NCBI GenBank assembly: GCA_041602695.1
Contig: JBFIFS010000002.1
Span: 2,644-66,643, forward strand
Direction of reading: 5' to 3'
Source of the DNA: Kiritimatiellia bacterium
GTDB taxonomy: Bacteria; Verrucomicrobiota; Kiritimatiellia; UBA8416; JBFIFS01
Length of the DNA: 64,000 nt
The notes beneath the pieces were generated by a model. The model did not search any database and had not been told where the DNA came from. It worked only from the letters and a program-made list of their open reading frames with translations. How positions within the stretch are numbered: the first letter of the stretch is position 1; the number at the start of each line of letters is the position of its first letter. This document shows positions 1 to 9,696 of the stretch, piece after piece. The translations under genes were made by a program, and so were the position numbers.

Positions 1-246
1 ATTAACTGTCGCCCCCCTGCGCCGGTTTCCCAGCGCCGTCAGCTCGAGCGTCTCCTTCAAAACATCTGCAGTAAACCCCCCGCTGATCACATCGCTCACG
101 GTCAGGCAGGCGCCACTCACAGCGATGCTCTCGCCCAGCACAAGCGGCTCGCCCCAGGGCGATGTTGAGATTGTAATCCTGGCGCCATTGCCGCGGCGCT
201 GAATATCTTTTATGCAACCGGTTTTCTCTATCAATCCCGTAAACAT
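1..246 (-). CDS. ribE: riboflavin synthase alpha subunit (RibE/RibC), 5' part only; gene continues beyond window start
   Basis: Minus-strand translation from ATG at 246-244 gives MFTGLIEKTGCIKDIQRRGNGARITISTSPWGEPLVLGESIAVSGACLTVSDVISGGFTADVLKETLELTALGNRRRGATVN. This matches riboflavin synthase N-terminal lumazine-binding repeat (GDSIAVNGVCLTV motif). A GAAGGAA SD lies 7 nt upstream. The track ORF 2..217 is a wrong-frame shadow. Confidence 0.75.
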   Translation of the reverse strand, partial: MFTGLIEKTGCIKDIQRRGNGARITISTSPWGEPLVLGESIAVSGACLTVSDVISGGFTADVLKETLELTALGNRRRGATVN

Positions 247-256
247 GTCTATTCCT

Positions 257-1354
257 TCAGAGACTGTACTCGACAAACAAATCACTGCCGACCTGCCGCG
301 ACTCAACCATTGCCATCTGCGGCGCTGCAGCGAGGGTCCAGCTTACGCCGGCAAGTACTGGGGCCCCCTCATCACCGAGGACCATGGGCGCGCTGTAAAC
401 CTGCAGCCTGTCAACAAGACCCTCCCTCAAAAGCCCCGCCGCCAGCTCGGCACCGCCCTCACAGAAGATATGAAGCACGCCCAATCCGGCGATCTTACGA
501 AGCGCCTGCCTGAGCGAGACCCTCCCCCTCGCTTCGCGCACTCGCAGCACATTCCCGCAGCCTTCGCGCAGGAGGGCCTCTCTGCGCTTCGTGCAGCATG
601 GGCCCACAACCACGACCGTACGGGTCTTCTGAGCATCTTTAAACAACTTCCTGTCTATCGGCACAGTGCCGCGCGTGCTCAGAGTTACACGCAAGGGCTG
701 ATACCCCCTGGCGCCAATCGGATAAAGAGCGGGGTCATCGTCCACTACCGTTCGCGAGCCAACCAGCACGGCATCGACCTTGCCGCGGAAACGCCTTACT
801 CGATCCCGCGAATGCCCGCAGGAAATCCATTGCGACCTGCCGCGCCTGTCCGTGGTTCGTCCGTCAAGGGACATCGCCATTTTAAGGGTCACATACGGCA
901 GACCAGTTTCTATCCACTTGGCGAATGGCGCTATCATCGAATCACACTCGCTCTTAAGGACGCCAACCTGCGTCCTGAGACCGGCCTTCCTCAGGAGAGA
1001 TATCCCGGATCCCTTATGATTCGGATTTGGGTCCACCGCTCCCACAGCCACGCCGGCGATCCCGGCCGTGATGACTGCATCCGTGCATGGACCGGTCCTG
1101 CCTGTTGTACTGCAGGGCTCCAGTGTCACGTATAGCGTGGCGCCGCGTGCCCTGAGGCCAGCGTCCTTGATTGCCGCTACCTCGGCATGATCGCCACCAG
1201 CCTTACGGTGCCAGCCTTTTCCGACGACGGCCCCGCGACGGACAAGCACGGCTCCCACAGGAGGATTCGGACTCGTACGGCCCCTGCCCCGCTCGGCAAG
1301 GTCCAGGGCTATACGCATAAAGTGCTCAGCCTGATGATTTCTGGGATTCGCCAT
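257..1354 (-). CDS. ribD: bifunctional diaminohydroxyphosphoribosylaminopyrimidine deaminase / 5-amino-6-(5-phosphoribosylamino)uracil reductase
   Basis: HAEVAAI and PCSTTGRTGPC zinc-deaminase motifs plus a C-terminal reductase domain. Start chosen at MANPR (1354) because of a GAAGAGG SD; the alternatives 1384 and 1318 remain possible. It overlaps the nusB 3' end. Confidence 0.85.
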   Translation of the reverse strand: MANPRNHQAEHFMRIALDLAERGRGRTSPNPPVGAVLVRRGAVVGKGWHRKAGGDHAEVAAIKDAGLRARGATLYVTLEPCSTTGRTGPCTDAVITAGIAGVAVGAVDPNPNHKGSGISLLRKAGLRTQVGVLKSECDSMIAPFAKWIETGLPYVTLKMAMSLDGRTTDRRGRSQWISCGHSRDRVRRFRGKVDAVLVGSRTVVDDDPALYPIGARGYQPLRVTLSTRGTVPIDRKLFKDAQKTRTVVVVGPCCTKRREALLREGCGNVLRVREARGRVSLRQALRKIAGLGVLHIFCEGGAELAAGLLREGLVDRLQVYSAPMVLGDEGAPVLAGVSWTLAAAPQMAMVESRQVGSDLFVEYSL

Positions 1355-1784
1355 TAGCTTCGGCCTCTTCAGCATCAGCATCAACAGACCGCCTCAAGTT
1401 ATCCAGGATCCCGTTTACAAATCTGCCTGATTCCGTATTGCCGAAATACTTTGCGATATCAACCGCCTCGTTTATTGACACCACGGCCGGAATATCGTCC
1501 CTGAATAGGATTTCATAGATAGCCATGCGGATGACGTTACGCTCGATCACGCCGATCCTGTGCAGGTCCCAGTTGTGCGAGTATTTGCGAAGGACCTCGT
1601 CAAGTTTGTCCATACTGGCGACGATATCATTCACGTGGTCTTCAGTAAACTTTCTCCCTTTCGGCGAGGCGTCTCTGTCCTCCCAGAAATCAGAGTAAAG
1701 CTGGTCCAGCTCCTGCTTATTCATATCGAGGATGAACAGCAGCTGAACGACCCACTCCCTGCACTGTCTGCGTGACGCCATCAA
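1326..1784 (-). CDS. nusB: transcription antitermination factor NusB
   Basis: 152 aa with the typical NusB fold signature (RRxAREWVVQxLF...GILDNL). Confidence 0.85.
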   Translation of the reverse strand: MMASRRQCREWVVQLLFILDMNKQELDQLYSDFWEDRDASPKGRKFTEDHVNDIVASMDKLDEVLRKYSHNWDLHRIGVIERNVIRMAIYEILFRDDIPAVVSINEAVDIAKYFGNTESGRFVNGILDNLRRSVDADAEEAEANGESQKSSG

Positions 1785-2264
1785 TCAGCCCTTCTTCATG
1801 ATCTTATAGAGATTCGCCATCTCCATCGCCGCCTGGGCCGCGCTCCAGCCCTTGTTCCCCGCTTTTGTTCCGCAGCGCTCAATCGCCTGCTCAAGGCTGT
1901 CCGCGACAACCACCCCGTTAATCACCGGTACGCCATTCTCAAGCGCAATCCCGCCGAGGGCCCTTGAGACCTGGGAGTTAATGAGTCCGGCGTGCGAGGT
2001 CGCGCCCTGGACCACAGCGCCTAATGCAACAACCGCGTCAACTTTCGCCTTCCCTTTAACGAAAGCGTGCGCCGCCATAGGCAGCTCATTCGCGCCCGGC
2101 ACCCAGGCCACAGATATGTCGGCGTCCTTAGCACCATGCCTGACAAGGCAGTCAACTGCCCCGTCAAGAAGCTGCTTGGTAAGAAAATCGTTGAATCGGC
2201 TAACAACAATGCCCACCTTCAAGCCGGCGGCAGACAGATTTCCAGAATACTCTCTCATTTGCAT
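1785..2264 (-). CDS. ribH: 6,7-dimethyl-8-ribityllumazine synthase
   Basis: 159 aa with GIVVSRFNDF and VDAVVALGAVVQGATSH lumazine synthase motifs. Confidence 0.9.
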   Translation of the reverse strand: MQMREYSGNLSAAGLKVGIVVSRFNDFLTKQLLDGAVDCLVRHGAKDADISVAWVPGANELPMAAHAFVKGKAKVDAVVALGAVVQGATSHAGLINSQVSRALGGIALENGVPVINGVVVADSLEQAIERCGTKAGNKGWSAAQAAMEMANLYKIMKKG

Positions 2265-2274
2265 CTCCTTTCGA

Positions 2275-3465
2275 TTAAAGCAAGTGGCCGAGCTTTTCTT
2301 TCTTTGTCTTCAGGTACCTGTGACTGTGCTCGGTACCCTCGCAGACAAGCTCAACTCTCTCCGTTATTTGCAGACCGTGTCCTTCCAGTCCAACTATCTT
2401 CCTTGGATTGTTAGTTATAAGACGTATACGGGACAGGCCTAGATGGGTGAGGATTTGCGCCCCCACCCCGTAATCCCTCAGGTCCGCCGCGAATCCCAGC
2501 TTTTCATTTGCCTCGACCGTATCGAGTCCCTCTTCCTGCAGCTGATAGGCGTGGAGCTTATTGGCCAGGCCTATGCCACGGCCTTCCTGCCGCATATAAA
2601 GGATGACACCGCGCCCCTCCTGAGCAACCATCTCCATTGCTGCATCAAGCTGATTGCCGCAGTCACAGCGGAGCGAACCCAGGACATCCCCGGTAAAACA
2701 CTCGCTGTGGACCCGCACCAGGACTGGTTCATCAGTAGTCACGTCCCCCAGCACAAGCGCCATGTGGTTTTCGTCATCCAACGTGGAGCGATAAAGGTGC
2801 AGCTTGAATTCCGCATGACTCGTAGGCAAAGTCACCTTGCGCACGAACTCCACGATGTCCTCGGTCTTACGCCTGTAGGCAATCAGGTCCGCTATCGATG
2901 CGAGCGGGAGGCCGTGCTCCCTGGCGAACACTTCAAGTTCCGGCATGCGGGCCATTTGCCCGTCATCACGCATGATCTCACAAATCACTCCGCCCGGCGC
3001 CAGCCCGGCCAATACAGAAAGGTCGACGGCCGCCTCAGTATGCCCGGCGCGGCGAAGCACACCGCCCTCAACAGCCTCCAGAGGAAAAGTATGCCCCGGA
3101 ACAACAAGATCGTCAGAGGTCGAGGACTCTTCCATCAGGACGCTGATGGTCTTAGCCCTGTCATAGGCGCTGATTCCTGTCGTTACCCCCTCAGCCGCAT
3201 CAACGGACTCCATGAACGCGGTCTGGAACGGGTCATCCTTGCCTTTCGGCGGCATGCGCTTGAGCCCAAGCTTGCTCAACTTGTCGGGAGGGAGCGCCAC
3301 GCATATGAGGCCCCGCCCGTATTTAGCCATAAAGTTAATGGTTTCCGGAGTGGCCTTCGCGGCCGACATGATAATGTCGCCTTCATTCTCCCGGCCTTCG
3401 TCGTCAGTTATGACGACCATTCGGCCTTCGCGAAAAGCATCAATGATTTTCTCTATCTTTTCCAT
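2275..3465 (-). CDS. ribBA: bifunctional 3,4-dihydroxy-2-butanone-4-phosphate synthase / GTP cyclohydrolase II
   Basis: 396 aa. The N-terminal DHBP synthase part has VITDDEGRENEGD; the C-terminal GTP cyclohydrolase II part has the CDCGNQLD zinc site. Confidence 0.9.
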   Translation of the reverse strand: MEKIEKIIDAFREGRMVVITDDEGRENEGDIIMSAAKATPETINFMAKYGRGLICVALPPDKLSKLGLKRMPPKGKDDPFQTAFMESVDAAEGVTTGISAYDRAKTISVLMEESSTSDDLVVPGHTFPLEAVEGGVLRRAGHTEAAVDLSVLAGLAPGGVICEIMRDDGQMARMPELEVFAREHGLPLASIADLIAYRRKTEDIVEFVRKVTLPTSHAEFKLHLYRSTLDDENHMALVLGDVTTDEPVLVRVHSECFTGDVLGSLRCDCGNQLDAAMEMVAQEGRGVILYMRQEGRGIGLANKLHAYQLQEEGLDTVEANEKLGFAADLRDYGVGAQILTHLGLSRIRLITNNPRKIVGLEGHGLQITERVELVCEGTEHSHRYLKTKKEKLGHLL

Positions 3466-3477
3466 CTATCGTATCCA

Positions 3478-3665
3478 ACAAAAAAGCCCGGGAGACAAAG
3501 CCCGGGCTACTCGCAGAATACGCACCCAGTCTCCTCCCATCCAGACTTTACTGTCGGCTCCGTAATTTCACCGGACCAGCCTCCTTTAAACAAGAAGGCT
3601 CGCGGGCTTTAACCGCCGGTCGAGAATTGCCGGCGCCAAGCCGGCTCACTCTGTCCCGAAGACAA
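3478..3665 (-). promoter_or_regulatory. FMN riboswitch (RFN element) with intrinsic-terminator expression platform in the ribBA leader
   Basis: The minus-strand sequence reads CTCGACCGGCGGTTAAAGCCCGCGAGCC...GGTGAAATTACGGAGCCGACAGTAAAGTCTGGATGGGAGGAGA, which matches the conserved RFN core (GACCGGCGGT, GCCGACAGTgAAAGTCTGGATGGGAGA). It is followed by the hairpin AGCCCGGG-CTTTGTCT-CCCGGGCT plus TTTTTTG, ending 13 nt before the ribBA ATG. Confidence 0.85.
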
Positions 3666-3786
3666 TTCACGTGGGATACTATGCCACACATTGCCGCAGA
3701 GCAAGACTAAATCGAAACTGCGCCGCTGCCGCTTCTCAAGATTGACAGCTCACGCCGCCTTGTGCAAATATCACATCCTTCTTTGG

Positions 3787-3863
3787 GGGCGATTAGCTCA
3801 GTTGGTTAGAGCGCTACCTTCACACGGTAGAAGTCGGCAGTTCGAGTCTGCCATCGCCCACCA
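3787..3863 (+). tRNA. tRNA-Val (anticodon CAC)
   Basis: A manually folded cloverleaf with a 7-bp acceptor stem GGGCGAT/ATCGCCC, D-arm, anticodon stem CTACC/GGTAG with loop TTCACAC, T-arm GGCAG-TTCGAGT-CTGCC, discriminator A and an encoded CCA. Confidence 0.9.
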
Positions 3864-3948
3864 CGCTTTCCCGCCACCATGAGCTTTATCTATATGACCC
3901 CTTGAGTCCCTGGCGCGGTTTTGGTATATTCGACTGTTTATATATGCC

Positions 3949-6900
3949 ATGAATTTACCCTTTACCCAGAAGAAGCTCATCGATTGGGCGGGAGAACAGG
4001 TTTTCAAGGACGCTGAGGTGGTCGCTCACAAGGGCGCTGTCATCAAAGCGGAATACGAGGAGCCTTTCATCACGGGCTCAGTCGTATGGAACAACCGTCC
4101 CGTCGATACAGCACTTGAAATCCTGCCCGACGGGAATGTCGAGAACCACTGCCCCTGCTGGATAAACCAGGAAAGAGGCATCATATGCCCGCACGTTATC
4201 GCAATGGCGCTCGTAATAATCAAACGGTCTACTGACCCACTCCGGGAGCAGAAGTATCAGGCAGAGCAGAGAAAGGCTTCCCGAATCAACAAGTACAAGG
4301 AAGAGGACTATATTCAGCGCGTAATGAGGGGGACTCCCGGGTGTGCTATCGCCGACATACACATTGAAGTCGATGGCGATATTGCCGAGCAGGTCCAAAA
4401 AGGACTGCTCCTCCTGAAGTGCTCGGTCAAGAGCGGAAGCCAGACCATCCCGTTCAGCGAAGTCAGCAGGGACGTCCCCTTCTGCTTTAACAAGAAGGAT
4501 GAGTCACTCCTTTACGTCCTAGAAGACATCGCCGAAGGCCCGCCTGAGGACTTCATAGAGGTGTCGACAGCTGATTTCATCAACATTCTTGAGCTCCTGG
4601 GAAGCGGAGCGATAACCGTGAGCGGCGCCCCGGCCCTCATCAACCCGGCTCGCCTGCCGACGACCCTTATGATCGACCTCGACCGGGAAAACGGAGAGCT
4701 CCTTCTCATAGTGCAGACCCCCACTCCCCTGACAGGCCCGCAGCATCTTCCTCTCTACTTGCTCTCTACCGACAAAGGCTGGATATACCAGAGCGGAAAC
4801 TTCTGGCCGCTTGAAACTATACTCCCCCTCCCCTACCACCCCGTATACAGGGAGACTATTCCTGTGCGCCGCGATGATGTCGTGCAATTCATTAAAAGCG
4901 AGCTGCCCCAGCTTGAAGAGAGAATCACAATACAGCCGGAAATCCCCCTGGACCTGTTCACATTTGAGCCTGCCCACCCGCGCATGGAGCTCAGGGTACA
5001 GGGCAGCCCGGCATCGCTCTCAGGGTCTCTCTACGCGCTCTACGGAAACCAGGAGTTCCCATGCTGCAAGCCTGATCCGGCCGAAAACTTCGGCATACCC
5101 GACCCTGATGATCTTCTTCGGTACGAGACACGGAACCCGCATGCTGAAAAACAGGCCTTGGAAATACTGGCACCTACCGGATTCCGGGGTGAAATCGGCG
5201 ACGCGCTGACTCCAATCATCGACAACAGGCTTGTAACCAACTTTCTTGCCGGCGCGATGCCGAGGCTCCGGAGGCACGGATGGCGGATAAAGATTTCCGG
5301 TAAAGTTGAAAACTATGTAGAGGGAGCAGACTTTGCTACTCCCGTAGTTCATGTCGAAAGCGGGTCCGGACAAGGATGGTTCGATGTCGGCTTCAGTTTC
5401 GAAGACTCGTCGGGAAACAGCATTTCCCAGGCGGAGATTCAGCAGGCGCTTCAGCGCGGTGAATATTTCATCCGCAAGAACAACTCGACTGTTCTTATAG
5501 ACGCGGATGCTGTCGAATCCATGTACGATGTCTTCAGCGACTGTGACGCATCCGACGGAAGCGCTCCCGGGTTCTTCCGCCTGTCGGACGTTTACGCGCC
5601 CTTCGTAAAGTCCTCCCTTGATGCCCTGGACGGCATAGATGTTGAGAACCCCGCGCATTGGCAGAATCGTGCATCAAATTTCAACCGCACAGCGAAACTC
5701 GAGCCGGTAGCAGTTGCACCGTCTTTGCAAAAGACTCTGAGGGGATACCAGCACGATGGAATCGCCTGGCTCTATTTCCTCGAAAAGAGCGGTTTCTGCG
5801 GCATCCTTGCCGACGAGATGGGGCTCGGCAAAACGATCCAGACTCTTGCCTGGCTGGACGTCGACCGGGCCCGGGAAGATGTGCGAGGCCGGCCCGCGCT
5901 TGTCGTGTGTCCGACCAGCCTCGTTCAGAACTGGATTGAAGAGGCGGCAAAGTTCACACCGGACATGAACGCAATACCCATGATCGGCTCAGATCGCCAT
6001 GAACACTGGCCGGAGATCGGCGCAACGGATCTGGTCGTAACATCCTACGCCCTGCTTCGGCGCGATTTGGAAAAATATCTCGAGCATGAGTTTTCGGTGG
6101 CAATCCTTGATGAAGCACAGCATATCAAGAACAGGTCTACCCAGAACGCCCAGGCCGCAAAGCAGATCAACGCCTTCAACCGCCTTGTCCTGACAGGAAC
6201 ACCTGTCGAGAACAGTGTTTCTGATCTTTGGTCTATTATGGACTTTTTGATGCCCGGCTATCTCGGATCACACGAATTGTTCCGGCGAAAATACGAACTT
6301 CCCATCTCAAAGGGCGGCCCGGAGGCGCAGGACGCGCAGGTGAAGCTCAAACGCAAGCTCCACCCCTTCCTTCTGCGGAGGCTCAAAAAGACTGTGGCCA
6401 AAGAGCTTCCTGACAAAATCGAAAAGGTAGCACACTGCCAGCTCACGGCGGACCAGAAGGCCGTCTACACAACTATACTGCAGTCCGCGCGCAAGAACAT
6501 AAGCAATCTCGTCGCGAACAAGGGCTTCAATAAAGTGCGAATGGAAGTGCTGACGACTCTACTCAAACTGCGCCAGGCCTGCTGCCATCTGGATCTCCTT
6601 AAAATGCCCGGGCTCAACGCGAAGGCACCATCCGCAAAACTTGACCTTTTTATGGAGCTCGTAGACGAGGCAGTCGACGGCGGTCACCGCATCCTGGTCT
6701 TCAGCCAGTTCGTCTCGATGCTCAGCATATTGAGAAAGGAACTCGAGGACCGCGGATACTCCTACTGCTATCTTGACGGCTCAACAAAAAACCGAATGGA
6801 AGTGGTTCACCAATTCAACAGCAGCAGGGACATACCACTGTTCCTTATAAGCCTTAAAGCGGGCGGCACAGGCCTGAACCTTACGGGAGCCGACATGGTA

Positions 6901-7140
6901 ATCCATTTCGACCCCTGGTGGAACCCCGCCGTCGAGCAGCAGGCAACAGACAGGGCCTATAGAATTGGACAGAAGAACACTGTATACAGCATGAAGCTGA
7001 TAACAACCGGTACTGTAGAGGAAAAGGTGCTAGCGCTGCAGGAACGGAAAAGAGAAGTAATAAATGCCACTGTTGAAAGCGACGAGGAGATCATGAGCCG
7101 CCTTTCATGGGAGGACATGCAGGAGCTGCTTGAGCTATAA
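3949..7140 (+). CDS. SNF2-family DNA helicase/translocase with N-terminal SWIM zinc finger
   Basis: 1063 aa. It has a SWIM CxC...CxH motif (CPCWINQERGIICPHV), SNF2 N-terminal motifs (LADEMGLGKT, DEAQHIKN) and helicase C-terminal motifs. The upstream promoter is TTGAGT-17-TATATT. Confidence 0.85.
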   Translation: MNLPFTQKKLIDWAGEQVFKDAEVVAHKGAVIKAEYEEPFITGSVVWNNRPVDTALEILPDGNVENHCPCWINQERGIICPHVIAMALVIIKRSTDPLREQKYQAEQRKASRINKYKEEDYIQRVMRGTPGCAIADIHIEVDGDIAEQVQKGLLLLKCSVKSGSQTIPFSEVSRDVPFCFNKKDESLLYVLEDIAEGPPEDFIEVSTADFINILELLGSGAITVSGAPALINPARLPTTLMIDLDRENGELLLIVQTPTPLTGPQHLPLYLLSTDKGWIYQSGNFWPLETILPLPYHPVYRETIPVRRDDVVQFIKSELPQLEERITIQPEIPLDLFTFEPAHPRMELRVQGSPASLSGSLYALYGNQEFPCCKPDPAENFGIPDPDDLLRYETRNPHAEKQALEILAPTGFRGEIGDALTPIIDNRLVTNFLAGAMPRLRRHGWRIKISGKVENYVEGADFATPVVHVESGSGQGWFDVGFSFEDSSGNSISQAEIQQALQRGEYFIRKNNSTVLIDADAVESMYDVFSDCDASDGSAPGFFRLSDVYAPFVKSSLDALDGIDVENPAHWQNRASNFNRTAKLEPVAVAPSLQKTLRGYQHDGIAWLYFLEKSGFCGILADEMGLGKTIQTLAWLDVDRAREDVRGRPALVVCPTSLVQNWIEEAAKFTPDMNAIPMIGSDRHEHWPEIGATDLVVTSYALLRRDLEKYLEHEFSVAILDEAQHIKNRSTQNAQAAKQINAFNRLVLTGTPVENSVSDLWSIMDFLMPGYLGSHELFRRKYELPISKGGPEAQDAQVKLKRKLHPFLLRRLKKTVAKELPDKIEKVAHCQLTADQKAVYTTILQSARKNISNLVANKGFNKVRMEVLTTLLKLRQACCHLDLLKMPGLNAKAPSAKLDLFMELVDEAVDGGHRILVFSQFVSMLSILRKELEDRGYSYCYLDGSTKNRMEVVHQFNSSRDIPLFLISLKAGGTGLNLTGADMVIHFDPWWNPAVEQQATDRAYRIGQKNTVYSMKLITTGTVEEKVLALQERKREVINATVESDEEIMSRLSWEDMQELLEL

Positions 7141-7184
7141 CAGTTCGTGGTTGAAATACACTGAACACCCCATAAACTCTGACA

Positions 7185-8244
<1,060 letters not shown>

Positions 8245-8247
8245 GCA

Positions 8248-8754
8248 TTGATGGACTCTTTCGATCCCGGCACTCAAATCTGGACGCTGATCACATTCGT
8301 GGCACTTTTGTCACTGCTCTCGCGTTTTGCATTCAAACCGCTTCGAAAGATCCTTCTAGAGCGGGAAGAGCGGATCGAGCAGGCGCTCCGTGATGCCGAC
8401 GATGCCCGGGACGAAGCTAAGCGTATTCTCGCCGAAAACGAGGAGAAACTCGACTCAGCCCGCGATGAAACCCGGAAAATCATCAACGAGGGACACCGTA
8501 TCGTCGCACAGATGAAGAAGGAAGCCGAGGAACAGGCCAAGCGAAGCGCTGAAGTTATCACAAACCGTGCTCAGACAGAAATAGATCGGGAAGTCCAGAA
8601 AAGCCTTGAATCACTCAAGGCAACTATTGCCAATGTATCTGTAAACATCTCCCGTCAGTTTCTTAAGGACAATATCGATGAGAAAAAGCACATGGAGCTC
8701 GCTGATGAGTTTGTCGAAAGGCTGAAGAAACGAAATGCGCCGCGCAAGTCATAA
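8248..8754 (+). CDS. atpF: F0F1 ATP synthase subunit b
   Basis: N-terminal TM helix followed by a long charged coiled coil, typical of the b subunit. Confidence 0.85.
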   Translation: MMDSFDPGTQIWTLITFVALLSLLSRFAFKPLRKILLEREERIEQALRDADDARDEAKRILAENEEKLDSARDETRKIINEGHRIVAQMKKEAEEQAKRSAEVITNRAQTEIDREVQKSLESLKATIANVSVNISRQFLKDNIDEKKHMELADEFVERLKKRNAPRKS

Positions 8755-9274
8755 TTCTGAAAAATACGCAGCTGCCCTGCTCAGCATGGCCGAGGCTGCA
8801 GGAAGACTCAACGGCATTGAGTCTGATCTTAAGAACATAAGCGATGCCGTCACCGAGAATCCTCAACTCCTTGCGTTCCTTGCAGACAATCTAATTCGCA
8901 ATGAAGGGAAGCAGGAGGCCCTGAGTGAGATTTTCTCAGGCAAAGCCGACCCAATTTTAGTCATGTTTCTCCGGATCCTGCAAATCGAGGATGAAATATC
9001 CCATATTGCCGAGGTATCACGGCTTTATTCAGACCTCGTGGCCGCAAAGCAGCACCGCGTGTCAGGTGAGATTGTCTCAGCATGCCCCCTACCTGAAGAA
9101 AAGATAAATGAAATCGAAGAGCAGACCTCAAAAATCCTCAACAAAGAGGTCTCGCTGACACAAATTGTTGAGCCCGAAATGCTTGGTGGCATTATTGTCC
9201 GGGTAGGAAATTTCGTCATCGACGGGAGCGTCGAAAGAGAGCTGGCGAGGGCCCGCGCGACCCTCTCCAGCTAG
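8735..9274 (+). CDS. atpH: F0F1 ATP synthase subunit delta (OSCP)
   Basis: 179 aa, OSCP-like, ending in the conserved GSVERELARARATL-like region. It overlaps atpF. Confidence 0.8.
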   Translation: MRRASHNSEKYAAALLSMAEAAGRLNGIESDLKNISDAVTENPQLLAFLADNLIRNEGKQEALSEIFSGKADPILVMFLRILQIEDEISHIAEVSRLYSDLVAAKQHRVSGEIVSACPLPEEKINEIEEQTSKILNKEVSLTQIVEPEMLGGIIVRVGNFVIDGSVERELARARATLSS

Positions 9275-9367
9275 CAATCACATCCCCAGCAAATTCCCTT
9301 GATTTTCTTAAGATTGCGTGCATAATTGTCGCAACTGGGGTTCACAGTCTAAAAGAAGGAGAAGACT

Positions 9368-9643
9368 ATGACGAAATCGCAGGTACTATCAGGTCTTGCT
9401 GAGCGCACAGGTCTGCCGAAGGCTCAGGTCGCATCAATTCTAGAAGAACTGGCAAAAATGGCTTATGCCGACGCCAAGAACGGGTTTGTGCTCCCGGGCT
9501 TCGGCAAGCTTGTTCTCGTAGACAGGAAAGCTCGCATGGGGCGCAACCCTATCACGGGTGAGACCATACAGATTCCGGCTAAGACAGTCGTAAAGTTCCG
9601 TCTTTCAAAGGTTTGCAAGGAGTCCGTTCTGGCAGCCAGCTGA
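9368..9643 (+). CDS. hupB: DNA-binding protein HU
   Basis: 91 aa with the HU/IHF fold signature (GFGKLVLVDRKARMGRNPITGETIQIPAKTVVKF). An AAGGAG SD and a TTGATT-17-CATAAT promoter lie upstream. Confidence 0.9.
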   Translation: MTKSQVLSGLAERTGLPKAQVASILEELAKMAYADAKNGFVLPGFGKLVLVDRKARMGRNPITGETIQIPAKTVVKFRLSKVCKESVLAAS

Positions 9644-9696
9644 TTCTTTTCCAGTGGGGGACGGACTCCGTCCCCCACTCACTTCTCCCTCCTCCT

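Noticed and set aside
2-217. The 71-aa minus-strand ORF at the window start.
   Set aside because: It is the wrong frame. The +1 frame over the same bases encodes a clear riboflavin synthase N-terminus starting at 246.
212-1135. The 307-aa plus-strand ORF.
   Set aside because: It is antisense to ribD, has no recognisable domains, and is the kind of long open frame expected by chance in high-GC DNA.
2443-3612. The 389-aa plus-strand ORF.
   Set aside because: It is antisense to ribBA and runs through the FMN riboswitch. It has a low-complexity composition and no homology signal.
3949-7140. Whether the SNF2 helicase is part of a Zorya or DISARM defence island.
   Set aside because: No ZorA/ZorB-like or DrmA/B/C/methyltransferase genes are adjacent. 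The ExbB/ExbD pair is 30 kb away and of ordinary ExbB size, not ZorA-like. The GC content is uniform and there is no integrase.
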